Origin: a virus
Direction: 5' to 3' (one strand)
DNA: 64,000 nt
Virus record (IMG/VR): IMGVR_UViG_3300025809_002164
Location: 32,001-96,000 of that record
In this document: positions 18,108 through 27,346 of the stretch, piece by piece
Layout of the letters: each line of letters opens with the position of its first letter
Numbering within the stretch: the stretch's first letter is position 1
Made by a program: the position numbers and the translations under genes
Notes under the pieces: generated by a model
What the model was told of the DNA's origin: nothing
What the model saw: the letters and a program-made list of their open reading frames with translations, nothing else
The model's database searches: none

Positions 18108-21100
18108 CCCTCGATTCTTTCTTCAGGCTTATAGTGTTTAAACCTTTCGTGGGTGACCGTGGAGGCTAGTAGGACTGCTGGACTTATGTTTCCCTTAGTC
18201 GACTCCTGGAAGATGTGAGACATCCACGTTTGCTCGTAGGGGTGAGCCCATTTAGTGTCGATGAACATTTTTTTATTTCCTTCCCTGCTAGTAATGTGGG
18301 GCCAATTCGCATAATATATCTCGCCGCTTAAGTATGAGAGCCCGTTAAGGACTTCTATATTTTTTAGGTTAACCCTTGGACTATTAGGGTCGAGCCCGGT
18401 AGTTGGCAGTTTATTATAGTTGGGCCACACCTCGTCCCTGATGGATTGAGGCACGTTATACCAGCTAACTTGAATATTATTATCCATGTAAACTTCCGTG
18501 TAGGATAACTTTAAGAAGTCAAACTTCTCCTTTATCATAATCTGGTGGAGCTTTTTGTATAAGTCAGGGATATATTTTTGAAAACCATTTCTACACACAC
18601 CCTCCTCTGGGTCAGATATGGTCATGTCGTCTTCGAAAAATAAATAAAAATCAGAATCGCTGGAATCAAAATGCTCTGCAGCAAACTGGCGGCCGCCACA
18701 AATTCCAGTATTCTTGTTCATTACAATATGCTCAAAGCCGTAAGCTTCACAAATAGCTTTGTTACCTTCTCGAGCTTCTTGATTTGTTGAGTTATCTATG
18801 ATTACTTTTTGGCATGGATGGGTCAGGAAACCTTCGTGTTTTTGAAGAGATTTAATTGTAGCTTCAATCTGATCTGGAAAATTAAATGTAAGAAAGTATA
18901 AATTAGTTTTAACTTTTGAAATGTCATGAACTAGGGGAGTGAATGTAGGCTTTTCAGAAATGTACTCTTCTAGTTTTATTGATCCAGTCTCGAGATCTTG
19001 TAGGAATTTAACTACAAGGCCATTACTATCAAGGGAGTATCTCTTGTAATTTTCTGGCGAAAGTTTTGCCATAATTGCAAACACACTTTCTTCAGTTCCA
19101 GCCAACCCTTCGTTGATTGATCTATCAAGTAAGCTATAATATTGAGAATTAGCCTCGCCCAAAAAATCTTTGTGTCCGCCAAATAATCCACCCCTGCACA
19201 CATAGTCAACTTTAGTGCCAGCATATCTATTGATAGCATTAAACTCAAAACCGTGAATTTCTTTTTCAGCTTCGTATGGGTAAGACAAAAAGAGGAATGG
19301 GTCTATCGCATCAACTATACCGTCTAGGTTTTTTTTGTCATAGAAATAGTTTTCATAAACAGTTTGGCTGATCCCCGCATCTAGCCAGACAAAGTAATCA
19401 GTGTCAAATGGATTCCATATCTTGGAGTCATTCAAGAAGAACATTTTGGACATGACGATAGGGTTGTAGTATTCATTTTTGCATTGTGGGCTTTCTGGTA
19501 ACCAGCCCGCTTGATTTTGCCATGTTGGATTTGTCCGAATTGATTGCCACTTATCCCAGAACGGGGCGAACATGATATTTTTTATGTCTTCCAGTTCATA
19601 AATACGAACGAAGGTATTTTCTTTTGACCTGCGCTCCCAGACAAAAGATTCTAACGATTTAGGCACCCAGAGTACCATGTTGCATGGAATCTTAAGGAAT
19701 TTATCGAAATGCTCTTTATATCTTGGCCAATCACGTCCAACGCGATTGATGTCCCATAGGCCACTGACTATGGTCATATTTTCGCTTTGACTGATTGTGG
19801 ATAATTTTTCCATTTGGTTATTTTGAGTAGAGAATTTTTGAAAGTCTAAGTTCCCTTTGTTTGAATTGTTTTTTCTAATTATTAATACATTGCCGCCATA
19901 AAAATATTCATGTTTAGATATAGATGATAAGAGCTCTTCTTTGTAATCAACAAAAACATTCGTGCCATCTCCCCCCCCGCCAATATCTTCTATTATATAA
20001 AAACCATCCTGTTTTACTCTATCAAAAAAGTTTTGGAAAGTTTTGAATTGAGCATCAGCAGTATGTAGTCCATCATCTAAAATAATATCAAAACTAACTT
20101 CAGGATAAAAAGATTTAGAAAATAAAGAATCAGCAGAACTACCTAGCTTAGTTTGAATGCGATCCTCATTAATCATGCAATCTGGGGCTACATCAATACC
20201 GTATATTTGACTATTGGGAAAATATTCTTTCCACGCCTTTAGTATAGCTGCTGGAGTATAATGTTCATAATGAGAATAAATACCGCAAAAACTAGAGGGG
20301 ATACTTGGGTCAACTGTGCCAAGCCCTATTTCTAGATAATTAATTGGCTTGTTTCTATATGAAGAAAAAATTGATTGATAAAAATGAGTATATCCAGACT
20401 TGAATTTATCACTACCATGTTTTTCTATAATTGAGCTAAGAGGCAATTCCTCGAGGTAGGTAGTTGGGTTTTCGGATGAATTTAAATGTTTTACCCATAA
20501 GGAATCTACTGCATCTATATCTTGACCGCTCACTTCATATTCGTAATTATGTGCCTCAAGTTTTTGGGTTAAAAGATGTTGCTCTTCCTTATTTAAATTC
20601 ATATATTCTAACCTAATAACCTTCGGCCTATATTTAGTTAAATCAATTTGTTTAAAAATTTCCCAATCATGACCTTCTGCATCACATATTAAAACATCAA
20701 ATTTTGAAATATTGTGTTTGGAGAGTAGGCTTAGGAAGGTAATGCCGTTGACTTCTATATTGTTAGCTAAGTTATCTTTAACATAAATATCTCTTTCGTA
20801 GTCCGTTCCAAACCCATTCTTGAGTGGATATAACGCACTCATTCCTTTATAGCCGGGATGAAGTTCGTTACTGTTTATAACTTCATTACTTACATTAAGC
20901 ATAGTTATTGGGCCATCAACTTCGGTAACCGCACTTTGCTCATAAATGTAATTAGACCTATCAGTAAAGTTGTTTTTTAACTCTTCAAATATTTCTGGTA
21001 TTGGTTCGACCAATAAAGCTGACCATTTATATTTATCTAAAAACCCCCTTGTGTCATCGAAACTAATACCATCATTGGCACCAATTTGAACAACAAAAGG

Positions 21101-21157
21101 ATCAGTATTTAAAGTCCCTAATTTGTGTAAGTATTTTGATATTAAAGGTTCATTCAT
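18104..21157 (-). CDS. Four-domain fusion: FkbM methyltransferase + class I methyltransferase + HtrL/YibB-like + GT-A-like domain
   Basis: QIGANDG/VEP/DAEGHD; LEIGLG/GIDV/DDGLH; TIVSGLWD/SKMFFL/WLDAG/GGLFGG; IIDNS/NTGICGGR/FFEDD. Confidence 0.75.
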   Translation of the reverse strand: MNEPLISKYLHKLGTLNTDPFVVQIGANDGISFDDTRGFLDKYKWSALLVEPIPEIFEELKNNFTDRSNYIYEQSAVTEVDGPITMLNVSNEVINSNELHPGYKGMSALYPLKNGFGTDYERDIYVKDNLANNIEVNGITFLSLLSKHNISKFDVLICDAEGHDWEIFKQIDLTKYRPKVIRLEYMNLNKEEQHLLTQKLEAHNYEYEVSGQDIDAVDSLWVKHLNSSENPTTYLEELPLSSIIEKHGSDKFKSGYTHFYQSIFSSYRNKPINYLEIGLGTVDPSIPSSFCGIYSHYEHYTPAAILKAWKEYFPNSQIYGIDVAPDCMINEDRIQTKLGSSADSLFSKSFYPEVSFDIILDDGLHTADAQFKTFQNFFDRVKQDGFYIIEDIGGGGDGTNVFVDYKEELLSSISKHEYFYGGNVLIIRKNNSNKGNLDFQKFSTQNNQMEKLSTISQSENMTIVSGLWDINRVGRDWPRYKEHFDKFLKIPCNMVLWVPKSLESFVWERRSKENTFVRIYELEDIKNIMFAPFWDKWQSIRTNPTWQNQAGWLPESPQCKNEYYNPIVMSKMFFLNDSKIWNPFDTDYFVWLDAGISQTVYENYFYDKKNLDGIVDAIDPFLFLSYPYEAEKEIHGFEFNAINRYAGTKVDYVCRGGLFGGHKDFLGEANSQYYSLLDRSINEGLAGTEESVFAIMAKLSPENYKRYSLDSNGLVVKFLQDLETGSIKLEEYISEKPTFTPLVHDISKVKTNLYFLTFNFPDQIEATIKSLQKHEGFLTHPCQKVIIDNSTNQEAREGNKAICEAYGFEHIVMNKNTGICGGRQFAAEHFDSSDSDFYLFFEDDMTISDPEEGVCRNGFQKYIPDLYKKLHQIMIKEKFDFLKLSYTEVYMDNNIQVSWYNVPQSIRDEVWPNYNKLPTTGLDPNSPRVNLKNIEVLNGLSYLSGEIYYANWPHITSREGNKKMFIDTKWAHPYEQTWMSHIFQESTKGNISPAVLLASTVTHERFKHYKPEERIEG

Positions 21158-21168
21158 AATTTTAATTA

Positions 21169-21822
21169 TTAAATCTTGATAAAACTACCCCAAACGCATT
21201 GGGAAAATATGTCTTCTCGAAAAGGTTCTAATTGATGATTTTCTACAGAACTAGATATTCCTTCATAAGTAGATTCACAAAAAGACCATATTTTGTTATT
21301 AATGTGAGACTCAAAGTATTCTAGTGAATGGCTGTAGTCATGACACATTATAATGTCGCCAGATTTAATATGAGGACTTAGCATGTTGAATTCATTAACT
21401 TTATTGCCACCGTCACACAAAACAAGAGTTAAACCAGTTGATTGAATATCTTTAACTAAATCCCTGAATAAATGTGCGTTCTCAGAGGAGAATACATCAT
21501 AAAGTCTAAAGTCAACATTGGTATCTTTAATTAAATCATCATGATAATGGTTTTTGCGGACATCATAACTAATTAAATGTGTTTGCAGGTCCAGCTCCTT
21601 GGTACAAAAATCTAAAAATCTGGTTAATCCGCCAGCAGCCGTGCCTATTTCAATGATGGTTTTAGGTTTTTTTTCAGATATTAAATCATATAATGCATAA
21701 AAAGCATTGGGGTGTTGCATGCAGACGATTCCATCAAAACCGCATATACCACCTCCACCTTGGCGGGTGTGTACGGTTTCTTTATTGTATTTTACTTTTT
21801 TTGTAATTTCTGGATTTTTCAT
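21169..21822 (-). CDS. CmcI-like / rhamnosyl O-methyltransferase-like SAM-dependent methyltransferase
   Basis: PKTIIEIGTAAGG, LCDGG, GDIIMCHD. Confidence 0.7.
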   Translation of the reverse strand: MKNPEITKKVKYNKETVHTRQGGGGICGFDGIVCMQHPNAFYALYDLISEKKPKTIIEIGTAAGGLTRFLDFCTKELDLQTHLISYDVRKNHYHDDLIKDTNVDFRLYDVFSSENAHLFRDLVKDIQSTGLTLVLCDGGNKVNEFNMLSPHIKSGDIIMCHDYSHSLEYFESHINNKIWSFCESTYEGISSSVENHQLEPFREDIFSQCVWGSFIKI

Positions 21823-22733
21823 ATATTTAAAATTTGAATTAAGGAATCTAATCGAGCTTGACCTGAAAAAGATTTAATGTAATTATATGCATTGTGGGAG
21901 ATGTGATTCAAGAATTTTAAATCATCTTTCACTTCTAAGAATTTACTAATATATTTTTCTACATATTTTGATCCACCCATGCACTCTTTACGGTGAAGAC
22001 CTTCACTTTCTATAGATATATAGTGGGTGTTTGGCACAAGATTTGGAAAATACGGGAAGCGGTATTCGGTATGTATCATTGGTAGGCCAACGGACATATA
22101 TTCTATATCTCTGTGGCAAATTTCATAACTTCCTGCAGGAATGGATAGTCCACAATTATACTGGATTATATTAGATAGATAATCTGCTATTTTCATGGGG
22201 GGATGTCGATCATTAACATGTTTGTCGTCATGTAGTAAACTTTCTGAACCCCTGCCTGTAGTACATCTAAAGTATAATTTATTAATTATATTGTCATTCA
22301 ATATTAAACATTTACGCTTGTGATAATAATAATCATAATTAGTTTTCGGACAAAAGTTAAAAACAATAAGCGGGTGTACTTGGAATTTATTGTTTTTGGG
22401 TTTGACTCCCCAATTGGCATAAATATGTGGACCTATTAGTATATCATTAGGATTATTTCTGTTTAATATGATTTTTTTATAGGCATCAGAGGGAGCTTCG
22501 GAAAATGAAATAAGCTTACATGAATCATTTGTCTTGTCTTCGATGAGCATCTCGCAATCCATAATTGCAGCATTATAATCTGAGACATTAATTAAATTAT
22601 TTGATTTTGAAATAGAGCCTAAATGTAAAGTGCAATTCATGGATTCTTTTAAGAAGAAAGCTAGCTTAATTAAAAAAAGATGTGAGCCCCAGACTGGATT
22701 AGGGTTTAGAGTTTCGTTGAAGTAAACATTCAT
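21819..22733 (-). CDS. GT-B-like glycosyltransferase (GT90 / Glyco_trans_1_2-like C-terminus)
   Basis: KLYFR...CHRDIEY...LVPNTHYI...ISHNAY. Confidence 0.5.
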   Translation of the reverse strand: MNVYFNETLNPNPVWGSHLFLIKLAFFLKESMNCTLHLGSISKSNNLINVSDYNAAIMDCEMLIEDKTNDSCKLISFSEAPSDAYKKIILNRNNPNDILIGPHIYANWGVKPKNNKFQVHPLIVFNFCPKTNYDYYYHKRKCLILNDNIINKLYFRCTTGRGSESLLHDDKHVNDRHPPMKIADYLSNIIQYNCGLSIPAGSYEICHRDIEYMSVGLPMIHTEYRFPYFPNLVPNTHYISIESEGLHRKECMGGSKYVEKYISKFLEVKDDLKFLNHISHNAYNYIKSFSGQARLDSLIQILNI

Positions 22734-23380
22734 TTGAAATTGGTAGAGTTTATAAAATCATAATCTTCTTTGTAGAAATTAAGAATAGAACTTTTTATTT
22801 TAGGGCTTATTTTCCAATTTAATTTTTCACGAGCATATTCATAAGAACCATTAAAAGGTTTGGTTTCTACGCCTGAATTATGTTTGATGATAGAATTTTT
22901 GATTGATGGATCAATTGATTTAATGGTATCGTAAATTTTTTTAAAATCTCCAAATTTATATATATTTATATTGGGATGTATGAAGTTTATCTGAGGTTTA
23001 ATATGATTATCGTGAGTGTATGGGTTTTTTTTGTATTCAATAAATGATTGAATGATAAATCTATAGAAATCATCTACCGTTTTATTATTGATTTGTGATT
23101 GCCTCATGAAAAATTCACTCACAACTCTAGCAAAAGGGTCTCTTACAATAGTGAAGGAATATGTGATATTTGTGTTAGATAAAAAATTAAATAGATCTGG
23201 ATCTTTGTTATCTCTATGCTGTAAGGAGCAGGGTTTATTTAGCTTATCGCAACCTGGCGATCTTAAATGAAAATGTAATGAATAACCATTGCTTTCGAAA
23301 AAATGTGTTATGCTTTCACCCCCGCATTTAGGAATATGAGAAAAGAATATGTTGATTTTATCTTTAGTGTAAATTGGCAT
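22730..23380 (-). CDS. Carbohydrate sulfotransferase (Sulfotransfer_2 family)
   Basis: PAPS-binding HIPKCGGESI and FTIVRDPFARVVSEF; HIKPQ; YKEDY. Confidence 0.8.
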   Translation of the reverse strand: MPIYTKDKINIFFSHIPKCGGESITHFFESNGYSLHFHLRSPGCDKLNKPCSLQHRDNKDPDLFNFLSNTNITYSFTIVRDPFARVVSEFFMRQSQINNKTVDDFYRFIIQSFIEYKKNPYTHDNHIKPQINFIHPNINIYKFGDFKKIYDTIKSIDPSIKNSIIKHNSGVETKPFNGSYEYAREKLNWKISPKIKSSILNFYKEDYDFINSTNFK

Positions 23381-23381
23381 T

Positions 23382-24644
23382 TCATAAGTTTTTTTCTATT
23401 CTTTCTGCCCAGCCACGCTTTTTACTATTGGCCCAGTAAACTACACGAGCTGGCTTTTTATCAGTTAAAAACATTTCTTCGTAATGTATTGGTTTTGAAT
23501 TTTTCATGAATTGATTTAATTGTTCTCCTTCGATTGATTTAGAAAATATACCTTCTCCGTTATCGTCGTCAAATGCAACCAGAATTGATTGATAGTCATC
23601 CTTGGGCATTTCATGACGCTCAAGATTAACTAGGTGGTAAAAAGAAAACATAAAACTATCCTCCCATTCTTTATCGTTTTTATATGGATGCGGGTTGGGG
23701 GGGAAGTAGTTTTCTGCTGTATACTTTTGGAAGGATTTTTTCTTAAAATGTATACCTGCATATTTTTCATAGTCGCGTAGACTTCTTTTATTTCCTAATC
23801 CATATTCACCTAAGTCTATTCCGTTATCTTCTACTCCGATAAGCTGTCTAATTCTAGCTCTTGCAGAATCATTACCTTTCCACCACATATCTTCTCCACG
23901 TTTGCTTTGATCATCCCATACTAGTTTGCCCGCTCTTTCTTCCCTCATTGTTGCGTGCCAAATTATTACTTGGTGTGGGTGAAATAAATCATACCCATGA
24001 GTAAAGCTGCGAACACTTAAATTTAATTCTTCACCCGCAAAAAAAATATCCCTATCGTGCTTGACATCTTTAGCCCACTGATTAGTTCCGAATGCAAAGT
24101 GACCACTTAAGAATCTAGCGGGATAAGGTTTTTTTAAATCTTTCCAATCCCTAACTCCAGTAGGGCGGATAAAGATGGTGTTATGAGGGTAAAAGCATGC
24201 CGCCTCTGAAAGCCAAGGCTCTTGAACTCTTTCGTCGGGGTCATTGAATGGATTGTAGTATGGCAGGTATCCTCCTATAATTGGATTGTGACCTTCGCTC
24301 GTTAAGTCTTCGTGCCACCCAATCAGAGTGCTGTCCCAGTTTTTATTAAACCTGTGATGCGAGTCTAATTGGCAGACAAAGTCTTCATCTGTTAGGAGTT
24401 CTTCGTTGATGATTGCTCTAGCCGTAGCCAATCCTTTAGCTTCCTTATAGGGCATGTCATAAATTTTAAATCTATCATCTTTCCTGTATTCATCTAAATT
24501 ATCAAAGCCATCTTCTTCACAGAACTGCCTGCATATACCAAAGTGTATTCTCTCTGGAAATTCCGCATTTTCTAGAGCACTCTTGATGGTGGGAATCAAT
24601 TCTGGCTCTCTATAAGCTGGAAGGTGGACTAATATGGTTTTCAC
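23382..24644 (-). CDS. GT60-type polypeptide/hydroxyproline alpha-GlcNAc transferase, paralog 2
   Basis: PAYREPELIPTI, GLATAR, QLDSHHRF-x2-NWD, RFLSGHFAF, FAGEE, RSFTHGYDLFHP, YGLG-x2-RSL-x-DYE. Confidence 0.85.
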   Translation of the reverse strand: MKTILVHLPAYREPELIPTIKSALENAEFPERIHFGICRQFCEEDGFDNLDEYRKDDRFKIYDMPYKEAKGLATARAIINEELLTDEDFVCQLDSHHRFNKNWDSTLIGWHEDLTSEGHNPIIGGYLPYYNPFNDPDERVQEPWLSEAACFYPHNTIFIRPTGVRDWKDLKKPYPARFLSGHFAFGTNQWAKDVKHDRDIFFAGEELNLSVRSFTHGYDLFHPHQVIIWHATMREERAGKLVWDDQSKRGEDMWWKGNDSARARIRQLIGVEDNGIDLGEYGLGNKRSLRDYEKYAGIHFKKKSFQKYTAENYFPPNPHPYKNDKEWEDSFMFSFYHLVNLERHEMPKDDYQSILVAFDDDNGEGIFSKSIEGEQLNQFMKNSKPIHYEEMFLTDKKPARVVYWANSKKRGWAERIEKNL

Positions 24645-25907
24645 TTAGTTAGGTATAACTCCCTCTATTATAGGCATCCAGTCTTTAGATTTAGAGTGAG
24701 GCCAAATTAGCCATGATTTAGGTAATTCTGAAGCTTCGAAATTTCTCCACAGTCTGACAAATTCGTCTTTAGGATTATCCTCTAGTAAGTTTTTAACTTC
24801 ATCTTCTGATGCATCTAGCCTTACCATTTCTTTTCCGTTTTTATCCTTAAATGCAATAACCCATACATCATAATCATTTTCAGTAAATGTAGGTTTATGA
24901 ACATCGATACAATACTTAAAGTCAGACACAAAACTTTTTTCGTATTGAGACTTAATGGAAAACGGAACGGGGGGAGGCTTTCTATCTATAGTGAATTGTT
25001 GAATTTTTCTATCTTTGAAACGTATCCCGGAGTATTGCTCGTAATCCTTAAGCGATCTAACTTTTCCGAGCCCATACTTAGGTATATGCTGCCTTCTGAG
25101 GGAATCCATACCGTGAAGCTTTCTGTATCTAGTGAAACTATCTTTGTTTAATTTTTCCCATTTATCTACATCATCCCAATGCCTAGACCTGCCCTCCCTG
25201 GTGTAGTGATGCCAAACCCAGGGTCTGTGGAGATGGAATAGATCATAACCCCAAGTATATGCCCTAGTGCTTAAAGAGCTTTCTTCTCCATGAAAGTATA
25301 ATTTAGGATCGTATGGAACTTCCTCGCAAAACAAACCAAGAGTAAATATAAAATGACCACTAATGAACCTAGCTCTCTCTGGGGAAGAGCCTTCCCAGTT
25401 ATTAATTGTCTCTGGGAAAATAAATATGGGACCTTCCGGCATAAACCTATCGATGTATGTTCTCCATACATCGTCAAGCCTTTTCTCTCCTTTAATGTCT
25501 GGGTCGTATGAGGGTAGGTAGGATGATAGTAGGGGTTTTTTACTTCCTTCTTTTTTAAGCTGGTTTAAAGTTTCTTTAAGCTTTAGATCCCAATCTTTAA
25601 TGAATCTATGGTGTGAGTCTAGCTGAAAATAGTACTCTTCTCCGTCGTATAGTTTTTGTATTTGATGTCGAGCATGGCATACCCCTAAACTATCTTTATA
25701 GTTAGTTTCAATTATTTTAAAGCTTTTTCTTTTTTTGTATTTACTTAAATCATTAATCTTATCTTCAGCTTTGAATTGGTTTGAGATTGCAAAAACTAGA
25801 TTCCTTGGATTCTTTGCATTTTTAAGGCAATTTTCTATCGTTGGAATTAACTCTGCATCCCTATAGCTAGCTATTGATATGAATATTTTATTTTTTTTCA
25901 TTTTCAA
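24645..25907 (-). CDS. GT60-type polypeptide/hydroxyproline alpha-GlcNAc transferase, paralog 1
   Basis: IFISIASYRDAELIPTI, GVCHAR, QLDSHHRF-x2-DWD, FISGHFIF, VPYDPKLYFHGEE, RAYTWGYDLF. Confidence 0.88.
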   Translation of the reverse strand: MKMKKNKIFISIASYRDAELIPTIENCLKNAKNPRNLVFAISNQFKAEDKINDLSKYKKRKSFKIIETNYKDSLGVCHARHQIQKLYDGEEYYFQLDSHHRFIKDWDLKLKETLNQLKKEGSKKPLLSSYLPSYDPDIKGEKRLDDVWRTYIDRFMPEGPIFIFPETINNWEGSSPERARFISGHFIFTLGLFCEEVPYDPKLYFHGEESSLSTRAYTWGYDLFHLHRPWVWHHYTREGRSRHWDDVDKWEKLNKDSFTRYRKLHGMDSLRRQHIPKYGLGKVRSLKDYEQYSGIRFKDRKIQQFTIDRKPPPVPFSIKSQYEKSFVSDFKYCIDVHKPTFTENDYDVWVIAFKDKNGKEMVRLDASEDEVKNLLEDNPKDEFVRLWRNFEASELPKSWLIWPHSKSKDWMPIIEGVIPN

Positions 25908-26985
25908 AGATTTTATTTATAGTATAGTAAAAAAAGTCTTTCAATTTTCCATCAGATTCTAGTAGGTTTAATAATTTCAAATCACCTTGAATTTTATCAG
26001 GGCATTCTAATTTTTTTTCTCTTATTTCTTTTAACATTTCTTCATCTATAGATATCCATGCCCCTTTTTTCTCTATGAATCCCCACAGGTATAACATATC
26101 TATTATTTCTTTCTCTCTCCATATCGAATTACCGTTTGTTCTTCCGTATTTAATTGGGTATCTGATTTCTGCTCCGGTTTTTTCGTTTATACTTTTTCTG
26201 AATTTTATTTTACAATAATGACCTATAGGGTTACCCTTGTCTTCAATCCTTGTGGCTGATGGATTCTCCCACATTATGTCACTGGTGTATCTTTCTCCAA
26301 ATTCCAAAATGAAATTTGCATAGTGCTTTATAGCATTACCTCCAGCCTGTTTTGCTTTTGGTCCACCTCTAGATGCATAAGGGTTAGATGAAACCTCGAC
26401 TCTAACCTGAGATGTCAGTATCATCATGTGTCCCATTTTGGTAATAGGCAGGACCATTTTTTTAAGGAAGACGGAAGTTACTAAAGCTCCGCCGGCAACC
26501 TGTTCACTTTCTGAAAATGGCTTATCCATATCGTTCATTCTGCATAATGCATCTACACTATCGACAATAAACATATACCTCTTGCCGTCATCATTATTAA
26601 AAACTAAATCTCGTATAAGTTCGAAAACTTTTTCGAAAATATTGCAATCAAATACGAAGAACTTCTCAGGGTCTAGGTCTAGTCCAGACCTAGCTAGCAT
26701 TTCCTTGCTCAGTCTACCTTCGCTTTTTATTACGACAACCATTCCTTTGTTGCCGAAATGTTTCTGGAAATTTTTAGCTACAGATAAAGCACAGCTTGTC
26801 TTGCCTCCTTCGTTTACTCCTGTGAATCTGTGAGCTCCGGAAGGTAATCCTCCGCCTAAGGCTAAGTCTAAATTCAAGCTTCCACTCGGTATTTTATAGT
26901 CTTCTTCGTTGAAGTGATTGAAGTGGTATTTTTTATTATCCTTATTGTCTAAGAATTTATTTATTTGATCTAATGTTGAACTCAT
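25888..26985 (-). CDS. recA: RecA/UvsX recombinase
   Basis: IPSGSLNLDLALGGGLP, GVNEGGKTS, IVDSVDAL, SQVR, GGNAIKHYA. Confidence 0.92.
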   Translation of the reverse strand: MSSTLDQINKFLDNKDNKKYHFNHFNEEDYKIPSGSLNLDLALGGGLPSGAHRFTGVNEGGKTSCALSVAKNFQKHFGNKGMVVVIKSEGRLSKEMLARSGLDLDPEKFFVFDCNIFEKVFELIRDLVFNNDDGKRYMFIVDSVDALCRMNDMDKPFSESEQVAGGALVTSVFLKKMVLPITKMGHMMILTSQVRVEVSSNPYASRGGPKAKQAGGNAIKHYANFILEFGERYTSDIMWENPSATRIEDKGNPIGHYCKIKFRKSINEKTGAEIRYPIKYGRTNGNSIWREKEIIDMLYLWGFIEKKGAWISIDEEMLKEIREKKLECPDKIQGDLKLLNLLESDGKLKDFFYYTINKIFENEKK

Positions 26986-27314
26986 AATAAGAAACTTCTG
27001 ATTGTTTTTGGTTTTACTTCTATGAGTATATCATCTCCAGACTTATCTGTCAAGATTATTTTGTCAGGCTTTGGAAGTACATAATGGAACTCTTTGTATT
27101 TTTTATCAAGTAAATATTTTCCGTAATCTGATTTCAAAACAATCAAGGAGTCCCAGTCTTGTTTGAATTGAACCTTTTCCCAGAACTCTATATTAGGGTA
27201 TAGAGCCATTAAGTCCTTGAGCATTTTATATTCCCTACTCCAGAATGGACCCTTGATTGATTTTGGAGGAGTTATTATTCTTAATACTATTTGCTTTTTA
27301 TTTAAAGACATCAA
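26982..27314 (-). CDS. Hypothetical protein
   Basis: Stop overlaps recA start; follows a promoter. Confidence 0.7.
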   Translation of the reverse strand: MMSLNKKQIVLRIITPPKSIKGPFWSREYKMLKDLMALYPNIEFWEKVQFKQDWDSLIVLKSDYGKYLLDKKYKEFHYVLPKPDKIILTDKSGDDILIEVKPKTIRSFLL

Positions 27315-27317
27315 AAT

Positions 27318-27346
27318 ATGCTAGCATACTTTGAGAAATAAGTCAA
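27318..27346 (-). promoter_or_regulatory. Sigma70-type promoter for the recA operon
   Basis: TTGACT-17 nt-TAGCAT with extended TG; -35 contains the upstream TGA stop. Confidence 0.65.
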
